NCBI GenBank assembly: GCA_964559635.1
Contig: CAZLIR010000001.1
Span: 1 to 38,485 of the forward strand
From: an uncultured Enterobacterales bacterium
GTDB lineage: Bacteria > Pseudomonadota > Gammaproteobacteria > Enterobacterales > GCA-2746155
Length of the DNA: 38,485 nt
Direction of reading: 5' to 3'
A model generated the notes under the pieces. It worked only from the letters and a program-made list of their open reading frames with translations, searched no databases and was not told the DNA's origin. The first letter of the stretch is position 1; every line of letters starts with the position of its first letter. Of this stretch, positions 1 through 8,276 are shown piece by piece. A program made the position numbers and the translations under genes.

Positions 1-3
1 CTT

Positions 4-1776
4 ATGGCAAATAGTGTGAACTTAGTTAGCACGCTCAGAGTACGATTGATCTTATTGATCTCAATACTCATTGGTGCGCTATTGCTTTTGTCATATTATT
101 TAGACCAATCAATCAACCAAAGACTCTACGACGCCAAAGTACTTAATTTGGCAGGCAAACAATCAGCCCTCACTCAGGCAATGGAAAAAATCTTGGTATC
201 AGGCTATACGCCGAGTAACCGAGAATCTTTGCAACTGATCACCGATGAGTTACTTGCCAATCAGCGATTTCTCAACGCCCAACACTCAAATAGTATCGAT
301 ATTGTACTGAACCGAGCCTACTCAGAAGGCAGTCCGAACATTAATGCTTTGGTCAGAGAGAACGCTTCAGACGCCATGGCTATTTTTGATGAATCGCTCA
401 CCACTGCAGAAGTTAATAATTTACTCGAGCGGCTAGAGTATACGTATGTCCGATTAGATGATGCAGTCATCACTTTACAGAAAGCCTCTTCATCTGAGAT
501 GAAGAATATCCTGCAATTTGTCCATGCTGAAATTGCAATCATGATCGGGATTACGTTCCTGCTAGTATTGATTATTTATCTGCCAATGGAGAGAAAAATT
601 GGTAACTTCCTGAAAGACATTATCAGACATAAGGATAATTATCAGAATGTACTTGAGAGTATGCCGGATGCTGTTGTACGCATAGACGAATTTAATAACG
701 TCACACATTTTTCAGATAGTGCCGAAGCACTCTGGGGATATAAACGGGAGGAAGTGCTAGGAAAAAATGTCTCTATGCTGGTGCCTAAGTCAATCAGAGG
801 AGAGCATGATGACTACATTCGACGGCACAGGGAAACCGGCGTTAATCACATTATTGGCTCTTCAAGAGAAGTTAACATATATACCCAGAATAATGAGCTT
901 AAGCATTGCATTCTTTACATTGCCAAATCACTGGAGCCTAATGGCAAGATTGTATATACCGGCTTTATTCGTGATATTACCGAATATAAGAAGCGCACCT
1001 TCCAATTAAAGGCAGCACGAGAAATCGCGACTATCAAGACCCGTCTTGCATCAATCGGCGAATTGGCTGCTGGTGTTGCACACGAAATTAATAACCCATT
1101 AACGATTGTTACCGGCAGAATTCATCTATTAGAGCTAGCCCAAATGTCTGGTAAGTTAAGTGATAATGAATTAGCCAATGGCCTAAAAGACATCAAAGAC
1201 GGTGCACAGCGCATCGAGAACATTGTGCGCTCCATGAAAAAGACCACGCAAATGACGGGTAATAAAATAGACTTACACCCTGAGGATATCACTACCTTGT
1301 GTGAGCAGACGGTGCATATGTTAAAAGAATTACATAAGAACAAAGACATACCCATCAATCTGAAATATCACGAGCACTACATGGCACTTGCTGAACCCAC
1401 TGCTATGCAACAGGTAGTCATTAATCTGGTAAACAATGCCGTTGATGCGCTTCAAAATACGACTGACCCAGTGATTAATGTATCCGTTTATCGTCGCGAT
1501 GATGATGTTGTCGTTACAGTGGATGATAATGGTGAAGGTATTGAGCAAGATAGAATAGGATTGATCTTCAAGCCACTACATACCTCAAAATCTGATAGCA
1601 ATGGTACTGGTTTAGGATTATCCATCGTCAAGCGACTGGTTGAGAATATGCAAGGAAGCGTTAAGGTGCAGAGTATCATCGGAAGGGGTACAGAATTCAG
1701 TGTTCATTTGCCACTGTGCACGCCAGAGCAGGCAGCAATGGCAGATCAACCTAAGTCGGCCGTTAACTCCATCTAG
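4..1776 (+). CDS. Membrane sensor histidine kinase (periplasmic helical sensor, TM, PAS, HisKA, HATPase_c)
   Basis: 590-aa ORF. N-terminal TM (LRVRLILLISILIGALLLL) is followed by the helix LNLAGKQSALTQAM, which from memory resembles the PilJ/NarX-type sensor motif. A second TM (IAIMIGITFLLVLIIYL) and a PAS-like segment (MPDAVVRIDEFNNVTHFSDSAEALWGYKREEVLGKN) follow. Kinase boxes are present: H-box AAGVAHEINNPLT, N-box NLVNNAVDA, G1 DDNGEGI, G2 GTGLGLSIV. Confidence 0.85.
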   Translation: MANSVNLVSTLRVRLILLISILIGALLLLSYYLDQSINQRLYDAKVLNLAGKQSALTQAMEKILVSGYTPSNRESLQLITDELLANQRFLNAQHSNSIDIVLNRAYSEGSPNINALVRENASDAMAIFDESLTTAEVNNLLERLEYTYVRLDDAVITLQKASSSEMKNILQFVHAEIAIMIGITFLLVLIIYLPMERKIGNFLKDIIRHKDNYQNVLESMPDAVVRIDEFNNVTHFSDSAEALWGYKREEVLGKNVSMLVPKSIRGEHDDYIRRHRETGVNHIIGSSREVNIYTQNNELKHCILYIAKSLEPNGKIVYTGFIRDITEYKKRTFQLKAAREIATIKTRLASIGELAAGVAHEINNPLTIVTGRIHLLELAQMSGKLSDNELANGLKDIKDGAQRIENIVRSMKKTTQMTGNKIDLHPEDITTLCEQTVHMLKELHKNKDIPINLKYHEHYMALAEPTAMQQVVINLVNNAVDALQNTTDPVINVSVYRRDDDVVVTVDDNGEGIEQDRIGLIFKPLHTSKSDSNGTGLGLSIVKRLVENMQGSVKVQSIIGRGTEFSVHLPLCTPEQAAMADQPKSAVNSI

Positions 1777-1808
1777 TCCAGTTAACTAGACAAACTAAGC
1801 AGTAATGA

Positions 1809-2528
1809 CTAGGCCCGTTTCTTGCCAAAAAAGCCAAGTATTTTATCTTTGTTACTGACCTTAACCTCTATTTGAGGCACCTCGACAGAAGAGTCCGTTT
1901 CTTTGTTCCAGCTATTGAGCAGATGAGTCAGTACAAAGGCCTGACCAGCCAGGCTGTCTAATTCTTCAGCTGTATTACTCTCACCCGTGTAACGATCGAC
2001 ACTATGCTGTTTTTTAGCCAGCCGGTGTTCAGGATATTGCGCCTGATATTTAGCCAGTTTGAAGCGGATATTATTGATCACAACTCGTAATAAACTCACC
2101 TTGGTCTGTAATTTGATCTCAGAAAAATCATGTAAGTCACCAAACACTCTGAAATCAGTGGCAATTACCTGAGTTTTCTCTGCAGCGAAGCCAGTTGATG
2201 CTGCCAGCGTGGCTGTTCTGGGCTGATCATTGATAATACTCAAGGCACCGATAATTTCACCCGTGGTTAACTGATTGAGTGCTTTGTCACCAGGTTGGGC
2301 CTCAGAAAATACATCTAAGTGGCCGCTGCCTAAAAAATAAATCTTTTTACCGACCTTGCCTTTATGCAGTAATACTTCACCCGGATTGAGGGTAATTAGC
2401 TTACTGTGCGCCAATAACAGGTTGAATTGTCCATAGTCACTAAGCTTGAGTTCTTTAAGGTAGGGGATTCTATCGATGAATTCTTTTTCCTCGGCGGCAC
2501 TCAAGCTACTGATGTCTCTCATTTTCAT
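1809..2528 (-). CDS. Cyclic-nucleotide-binding domain protein with no recognisable HTH
   Basis: 239-aa ORF with an ATG start. It has a cNMP-binding beta-barrel pattern (KIYFLGSGHLDVF ... GEIIGALSIINDQPRTATLAAST, a phosphate-binding-cassette-like G-E...R-T-A). The C-terminal 90 aa show no Crp/Fnr-type helix-turn-helix by eye. Confidence 0.7.
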   Translation of the reverse strand: MKMRDISSLSAAEEKEFIDRIPYLKELKLSDYGQFNLLLAHSKLITLNPGEVLLHKGKVGKKIYFLGSGHLDVFSEAQPGDKALNQLTTGEIIGALSIINDQPRTATLAASTGFAAEKTQVIATDFRVFGDLHDFSEIKLQTKVSLLRVVINNIRFKLAKYQAQYPEHRLAKKQHSVDRYTGESNTAEELDSLAGQAFVLTHLLNSWNKETDSSVEVPQIEVKVSNKDKILGFFGKKRA

Positions 2529-2675
2529 GTAGATGTTCTCTCATTCTAAATGGCAGCTTCATATGAGCTGGTTTTATCGAATCGACATGACTAAACCACT
2601 TGTCTATACTCTTCGGATATCTATATAAATTATAGGCCCTATCGGTAAATAAACACGGTACTACTTCACATTACG

Positions 2676-3797
2676 ATGAACTTAATTCTGTTTGCCATAC
2701 CTTTCTTCATTGTTTTAATCGCAATGGAGTTAGCTGTCGATCGCTATCGTGGCACCGGTTATTATCGTATCAACGATTCAATCTCTAGTCTAAACGCCGG
2801 TATATTCAGTCGTGTAACCATCATATTTTGGCGTCTGGCACCGGTGGCGGTCTATTACTACGTTTATCAAAACTGGTCAGCGACAGAATTACCTGTTAAT
2901 GGCATAACCTGGGTTGTCGCCTTCGTCAGCTATGACTTTTTTTATTACTGGTATCATCGTATAAGCCACGAGCGAAACCTGTTTTGGGCCGCGCATGTAG
3001 TCCACCATTCCAGTGAAGAATACAACCTGACAACAGCCTTACGCCAGAGCTCGGGTTCATTGTTAAATTGGATTTTTTATTTGCCGATGGCTCTGGTCGG
3101 TATTGACCCGGTACAAATGGCAACCGTTGCTGCACTCAACTTGCTATACCAATTTTGGGTTCACAGCCGTCATATCCCAAAGCTTGGCTGGTATGAAAAC
3201 TGGTTTGTGACACCATCTAATCATCGCGTGCATCATGCCATTAACGACCAGTACATTGATAAAAACTATGGTGGTGTATTTATTATTTGGGATCGGATGT
3301 TTGGTACATTCCAAGAAGAGCAGGCTGAAATACCTTGCGTCTATGGTATCAGAAAACCACTGAGTAGCTGGAACCCGGTCTGGACCAACTTGCATCATTA
3401 TGCCCTGTTGATGAAAGATACATGGTATACCAAGCGATGGTCAGACAAGGTGGGTCTGTGGTTTGCTAAAACCGGTTGGCGTCCACAAGATGTGTCAGAG
3501 CAATACCCGCTTCAGTCGTTCAACATAACCACGTTTAAAAAATTTGATACTGAACTATCACCATTTATCAAAGCCTATGCTTTATCTAATCTGTTGCTGA
3601 TCATCGTAGGTCTGGGATATTTCATGCTGCAGAGTAGGGTGATAACAACATCAGAAATACTCTCTTATGGTGCCATCATCTATGGCAGTTGCTTCTCACT
3701 CGGATTAATTCTAGAAAACAGACGGTGGGCATTACCTGTTGAGATAGCCCGACTCGTTATTATTGGCATTTTCTTGCAACACAGTTCAATCGCTTAA
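2676..3797 (+). CDS. Fatty acid hydroxylase / sterol desaturase superfamily membrane di-iron oxygenase (alkylglycerol monooxygenase-like)
   Basis: 373-aa ORF with multiple TM segments. Histidine boxes are HRISHE, HVVHHSSEEYNLTTALRQ and HRVHHAIN. The HHSSE-YNL-TALRQ block is characteristic of the sterol-desaturase/AGMO branch. An extra C-terminal region of about 120 aa is hydrophobic. Confidence 0.75.
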   Translation: MNLILFAIPFFIVLIAMELAVDRYRGTGYYRINDSISSLNAGIFSRVTIIFWRLAPVAVYYYVYQNWSATELPVNGITWVVAFVSYDFFYYWYHRISHERNLFWAAHVVHHSSEEYNLTTALRQSSGSLLNWIFYLPMALVGIDPVQMATVAALNLLYQFWVHSRHIPKLGWYENWFVTPSNHRVHHAINDQYIDKNYGGVFIIWDRMFGTFQEEQAEIPCVYGIRKPLSSWNPVWTNLHHYALLMKDTWYTKRWSDKVGLWFAKTGWRPQDVSEQYPLQSFNITTFKKFDTELSPFIKAYALSNLLLIIVGLGYFMLQSRVITTSEILSYGAIIYGSCFSLGLILENRRWALPVEIARLVIIGIFLQHSSIA

Positions 3798-3898
3798 CTC
3801 CACAGGCTGCCGTTCGTGTAAATAGGTAAAATGTAACTGAAAATGTACATGTTTCAAGAATGTCATAATTAGGCAAAAAAAAGTCCAATAAAATCAAT

Positions 3899-3921
3899 AA
3901 TATTCTATTTAATAGAATATT
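3899..3921. promoter_or_regulatory. Perfect 11-1-11 palindrome, candidate operator upstream of the opsin gene
   Basis: AATATTCTATT-T-AATAGAATATT lies 85 nt upstream of the opsin ATG. It sits just upstream of a possible -10 element (TATAGT, 3933-3938) in an AT-rich intergenic region. Confidence 0.35.
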
Positions 3922-4005
3922 TTATTCTAAATTATAGTATGTTCGATTTATCCGATAGTTCGTAAGAACTAGCTCAATAATAAAATTCGAGGAGAATCGA
4001 AGATA

Positions 4006-4719
4006 ATGGATAAAATGCTCATGCTAAATCCTAACGACTATGTTGGGGTTACATTCTGGATCATATCCGCTGCTATGGTAGCAGCTACCTATTTCTTCAC
4101 AGTCGAGCGTGACCGTGCTGTTGGGAAATGGAAAACATCATTAACCGTCGCAGCAATGGTTACAGGTATTGCCGCGATCCACTACTTCTATATGAGAGGC
4201 GTTTGGGTTTCAAGCGGTGAGAGTCCTACTACATTCAGATATGTAGATTGGTTACTCACAGTACCTCTACAGATAGCAGAGTTCTACTTAATCCTGGCAG
4301 CAATCGCTGTTGTTCGCGCTGCACTATTCTGGAAATTACTCATTGCTTCATTAGTAATGTTAATTACTGGTTTTGTCGGCGAGCTAGACGGTGGTGCTTC
4401 TAACACTACTTGGATTATGTTTGTTGTATCTTGTGCTGCTTGGTTCTACATCATCTACGAAATCTTCGCAGGTGAAGCAAGCAAGATTAACGCCTCTGAA
4501 GGTACAGCCGCGTCTAAGAAAGCATTCTCAGCATTGAGAATCATTGTTACATTCGGTTGGGCCATTTATCCATTAGGCTACCTATATGGATACGCCGGTG
4601 GTGGTGATGCCAATATGTTAAACATCATCTACAACCTTGCAGATTTTGTTAACAAAATTGCATTCGGTGTAATCATTTGGGCAGCAGCTACTTCTAGCAG
4701 TTCTCAAGATAACGCCTAA
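4006..4719 (+). CDS. Proteorhodopsin (light-driven proton-pumping microbial rhodopsin), predicted blue-absorbing
   Basis: 237-aa, 7-TM ORF with RBS GAGGAG at 3989-3994. It is near-collinear with canonical green proteorhodopsin: FFTVERDR..KWKTSLTV, IHYFYMRGVW, RYVDWLLTVPLQIAEFYL, FGWAIYPLGY, IYNLADFVNKIAFGVIIW. Local D81/T85/E92 correspond to D97/T101/E108, H59 to H75, K217 to the Schiff-base K231, and Q89 to tuning position 105. There is no cleavable N-terminal signal peptide. Confidence 0.95.
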   Translation: MDKMLMLNPNDYVGVTFWIISAAMVAATYFFTVERDRAVGKWKTSLTVAAMVTGIAAIHYFYMRGVWVSSGESPTTFRYVDWLLTVPLQIAEFYLILAAIAVVRAALFWKLLIASLVMLITGFVGELDGGASNTTWIMFVVSCAAWFYIIYEIFAGEASKINASEGTAASKKAFSALRIIVTFGWAIYPLGYLYGYAGGGDANMLNIIYNLADFVNKIAFGVIIWAAATSSSSQDNA

Positions 4720-4730
4720 TCTGGTCACAT

Positions 4731-4755
4731 GAGTGCCTGCCTTGTGCAGGCGCTC
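4731..4755 (+). terminator. Stem-loop between the opsin gene and crtE (possible partial terminator or attenuator)
   Basis: GAGTGCCTGC-cttgt-GCAGGCGCTC forms a 10-bp stem (one G-U pair) with a 5-nt loop, starting 12 nt after the opsin TAA. The downstream T-tract is weak and displaced (atcagCTTTT). Confidence 0.4.
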
Positions 4756-4763
4756 ATCAGCTT

Positions 4764-5786
4764 TTGGAGTTACAGGTGAGAAATCCTGATGTAAATAACA
4801 ATAAAAATAAACAATTTGTCACTCATCAAAACCTGACAAACAAACACCTATTAGAAAAATTAATCTCAAGCATTCAAACAACCATTCCAAAACCGCATCA
4901 TCCGCTACACGAAGAAGCACAATTACATTTCGAACGACCAGGTAAACACTTAAGAGGATTGACCTCACTTCTCCTATCACAGGCACTCGAGTTACCTGTT
5001 AAGCCGTCACTAGACTGGGCCGTAGCTGTTGAGCTAATGCATAATGCCTCTCTTGTCCATGATGATATATGTGATAAAGATACGATGCGACGCGGTCAGA
5101 CATCAGTCTGGCTAAAATTTGGTACAGATAAGGCACTGTGTCTGGGTGATTGGCTTGTCGCTCAATCATTCAAAGCAGCTGCGAAATCATTTAAAGATTC
5201 AAAAGCTTCTGCGATGGCAATTGCATCACTCGCAGAGGCCATGGCGACCCTATGCGCGGGTCAAGCCAGAGAGTTTGATAGAAAACCAGTACTCGACTGG
5301 TTCACCTATGACCGGATTGTCACTGAGAAAACTACCCCACTTCTGAAGGCATCCGTGCTTGGTCCCTTGCACATGGCCGGTGAAACGACACTCATCAAAC
5401 CACTCTCAGAGCTATTCACAAAAGTGGGTCTTGCTTATCAGATGGCCAACGATTTACAGAATGTCATGATCGATGACGGCCACGAAGACAGTTTTTCTGA
5501 TTTAAAACGCGGTGCGCCTAATGCCGTGATTGTCAGTTATGTGGCACAGGTGGTCATGGAACAACACAACGAATTTCTAGACTGGTACGAGACTCGCTCG
5601 GACAGTCAATTTTCATTCTGGAAGCATGGGATCATTGAATCTGAAGCTATCCACAACACATGTGCGCGACTCAACCACATGATCAATGACATCGATAAGA
5701 CGATATTATCCTTGCCTAATCACATCAGTGAGAGCCTGATGCCAATGATCAGTTATTTGCAACAAATTCGGGTGGTTGCAAAATGA
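4764..5786 (+). CDS. crtE: Geranylgeranyl diphosphate synthase (polyprenyl synthetase family)
   Basis: First Asp-rich motif LVHDDICDKDTMRRG is canonical, and GKHLRG is present near the N-terminus. The second motif region is GLAYQMANDLQN...SDLKRG. The track start is TTG 4764; GTG 4776 with GGAG at 4766-4769 is an equally good or better start. The stop overlaps the crtI ATG (ATGA). Confidence 0.85.
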   Translation: MELQVRNPDVNNNKNKQFVTHQNLTNKHLLEKLISSIQTTIPKPHHPLHEEAQLHFERPGKHLRGLTSLLLSQALELPVKPSLDWAVAVELMHNASLVHDDICDKDTMRRGQTSVWLKFGTDKALCLGDWLVAQSFKAAAKSFKDSKASAMAIASLAEAMATLCAGQAREFDRKPVLDWFTYDRIVTEKTTPLLKASVLGPLHMAGETTLIKPLSELFTKVGLAYQMANDLQNVMIDDGHEDSFSDLKRGAPNAVIVSYVAQVVMEQHNEFLDWYETRSDSQFSFWKHGIIESEAIHNTCARLNHMINDIDKTILSLPNHISESLMPMISYLQQIRVVAK

Positions 5787-7327
5787 GTAATGTCGAGCAC
5801 ATTCCCGGTTCAGCCGACATGAGTACCGATATCGTGGTGATTGGTGGTGGTTTCGGTGGTATTGCCAGTGCTTTACGATGTCGCGCATTAGGCATGTCAG
5901 TGTTATTAATCGAACGACTCGATGAGATCGGCGGCAGAGCCCAGGTTTTTAAAAAAGACGGCTTCACACACGATGCCGGTCCAACAGTAATCACAGCACC
6001 ATTTCTCTTCACTGAGCTCTACGAACTCTTTGATGAAGACATAGACGACCACTTGATATTCAAACACCTTGAGCCATGGTATCGCTTTTACTTCCACGAT
6101 GGACGTAACTTCGATTATGGTCATGATCTGGAAAAGATGAAGCAACAAATTGCGCAATTCAGTCCGGCTGATGTCGATGGTTATGACAAGCTGGTGAGTC
6201 ACTCCCATGAAATTTTTAATGTCGGATTTACTGAGTTAGCCGATAAGCCATTTCACAAATTCCTGACCATGGTACGACAAATACCTGCACTGCTAAAACT
6301 GGGAGCATATCGAACGGTCAGCCAAATGGTTGCCAAGTATATAAAGCATCCTTTGCTACGCAGAGCATTGTCGATACAACCTCTGCTGGTTGGTGGGAAC
6401 CCTTTCACTACAACTTCAATCTATAGTCTAATCCACTATCTTGAAAGAGAGTGGGGCATTCACTTTTGCATGGGCGGTACGGGTAAACTGGTGTCAGAGA
6501 TGCGTAAACTGATGGAGCGTCAGGGCGTTGACATTCTCACTGGTCAGGATGTTGGACAGATCACCTTGGATGGTGATCGGGTTAATGCTGTTCATCTCAG
6601 TGATGGGCGAGTTATTCAAGCAAACCATGTGATCTGTAATGCTGATCCGCCGACAGTCTATCGTGAGATGCTCGATCGATCCTCACCCTATGCAACCAAG
6701 CCCAAACGCATCATCCCTGAAAGTATGACGCAATATTCCATGGGTTTGTTTGTGCTTTATTTCGGTACCACGAAACAATATCCCGATATCGCACACCACA
6801 CCATTTGGCTGAGCGAGCGGTTTAAAGAATTACTCCATGACATCTTTACCGCAGATCAACTCAGTGAGGATTTCTCGCTGTATTTGCATCGTCCAACAGC
6901 CACGGATCCAAGTTTTGCTCCAGAGGGTTGTGACAGTTTTTATGTTCTTTGCCCAGTGCCTAATCTTCAGGCCACCAATATCGACTGGGAGCGTGATGGT
7001 CCATTATTGAGAGACCAAATTGTCAAGGCACTCAGTGACACCATAATGCCTGAATTGGAGCAAACAATAACCGCTGACTTTTACATGACTCCACAAGAGT
7101 TTAAACAGGACTATCGCTCGACCCATGGTGCGGGATTCTCGATTGCCCCCATTTTCAGACAGTCGGCCTGGTTCAGATACCACAACCAAGATCCGCATAT
7201 CGACAACCTGTACTTTGTCGGCGCAGGGACCCACCCCGGAGCGGGTGTACCGGGTGTGCTGAGTTCAGCAAAGGTAGTCGAAAATATCATACGTGAAAAA
7301 ATAATAAAATTAAGAGAGGTAGCTTGA
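5783..7327 (+). CDS. crtI: Phytoene desaturase (phytoene to lycopene)
   Basis: 514 aa with the N-terminal FAD dinucleotide fold DIVVIGGGFGGIASALR...IERLDEIGGRA. The C-terminal signature is LYFVGAGTHPGAGVPGVLSSAK. Position within the crt operon supports the call. Confidence 0.93.
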   Translation: MSNVEHIPGSADMSTDIVVIGGGFGGIASALRCRALGMSVLLIERLDEIGGRAQVFKKDGFTHDAGPTVITAPFLFTELYELFDEDIDDHLIFKHLEPWYRFYFHDGRNFDYGHDLEKMKQQIAQFSPADVDGYDKLVSHSHEIFNVGFTELADKPFHKFLTMVRQIPALLKLGAYRTVSQMVAKYIKHPLLRRALSIQPLLVGGNPFTTTSIYSLIHYLEREWGIHFCMGGTGKLVSEMRKLMERQGVDILTGQDVGQITLDGDRVNAVHLSDGRVIQANHVICNADPPTVYREMLDRSSPYATKPKRIIPESMTQYSMGLFVLYFGTTKQYPDIAHHTIWLSERFKELLHDIFTADQLSEDFSLYLHRPTATDPSFAPEGCDSFYVLCPVPNLQATNIDWERDGPLLRDQIVKALSDTIMPELEQTITADFYMTPQEFKQDYRSTHGAGFSIAPIFRQSAWFRYHNQDPHIDNLYFVGAGTHPGAGVPGVLSSAKVVENIIREKIIKLREVA

Positions 7328-7328
7328 T

Positions 7329-8270
7329 ATGAATGCTCACAACATCATTCTGGAGAAGGCTACAGACTGTATTACCTCTAATGAAGTATTGCGTAATCAT
7401 GGACGTTCATTTTACTGGGCGCGATTCTTTTTGGGTGAACAAGCGGCCGAGAATGCCACACGTCTGTATTCATTTTGTCGTTATTTAGACGACGTAGCTG
7501 ATGGTGACATCGCCGGTGGTTTACCACGCTTACAGTCACTTAGAAAACAGCTCAATGGCAATGAAAAAATTCAAGACAGAAGATTATTGAATTACTTATC
7601 GTTGTACGAGGATAAGCAGGCTGCCAAAATTTATGCCTTAAATTTACTTGAGGGCCTCATTTCTGATCAGGGTTTAGTCAATCTGACAAACGATGAGGAA
7701 CTCATTCGCTATGGCTATTTTGTTGCAGGAACAGTGGGTCTGATGATGTCACCTTTTCTTGGTGTGGCTGATGCTAAAGCTTTGCCTTTTGCCATCGATC
7801 TTGGCGTGGCTATGCAACTTACCAACATCTGTCGTGATGTACTAGAAGATGCCGAGTCCGGCCGGCGCTATATTCCGGTTGCGTTAACCACTGAGCAAAT
7901 CTGTATGGCATCCGAGGATCCAGAATCTGACCATGCCAGGCTTATAGCAGAGGAAATCAATCGCATATTGGATATTGCCGATGGCTACTATCAATCAGGC
8001 TTAGAGGGCTTATATTTCTTATCGCCGCAGTCGCAGAAAGCGATTGCTGTCACAGCCATGGTGTATCGCCAAATTGGCATTAAACTGCGTGAAAACAACA
8101 CTGACTGGTTTAATGGCCGCACGGTGGTTTCATCATTTGAAAAGATCTCACCAACCATGAAAGCCCTGTTCTCAGTCAACGAGTGGATCAGAAATGAGCC
8201 ATCTCACAAGGTCGATTTACATACCCATCTTCGAGACTTACCCGGTGCCAATGGGCTGAGCCACCTTTGA
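7329..8270 (+). CDS. crtB: Phytoene synthase
   Basis: 313 aa with squalene/phytoene synthase motifs YSFCRYLDDVADG and QLTNICRDVLEDAESGRRYIP. It starts 1 nt after the crtI stop. Confidence 0.93.
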   Translation: MNAHNIILEKATDCITSNEVLRNHGRSFYWARFFLGEQAAENATRLYSFCRYLDDVADGDIAGGLPRLQSLRKQLNGNEKIQDRRLLNYLSLYEDKQAAKIYALNLLEGLISDQGLVNLTNDEELIRYGYFVAGTVGLMMSPFLGVADAKALPFAIDLGVAMQLTNICRDVLEDAESGRRYIPVALTTEQICMASEDPESDHARLIAEEINRILDIADGYYQSGLEGLYFLSPQSQKAIAVTAMVYRQIGIKLRENNTDWFNGRTVVSSFEKISPTMKALFSVNEWIRNEPSHKVDLHTHLRDLPGANGLSHL

Positions 8271-8276
8271 TGCACC

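Noticed and set aside
650-1000. I considered whether the PAS domain of the histidine kinase is a LOV (blue-light) domain.
   Set aside because: The LOV signature GxNCRFLQ with its photoactive Cys is absent; the equivalent stretch reads GKNVSMLVP. It is a generic PAS domain.
3828-3851. I considered a CRP/cAMP site at AAATGTAACTGAAAATGTACAT upstream of the opsin, prompted by the nearby cNMP-binding protein.
   Set aside because: The left half resembles AAATGTGA, but the right half is a direct repeat rather than an inverted one and does not match TCACATTT. I kept it only as a tandem-repeat observation.
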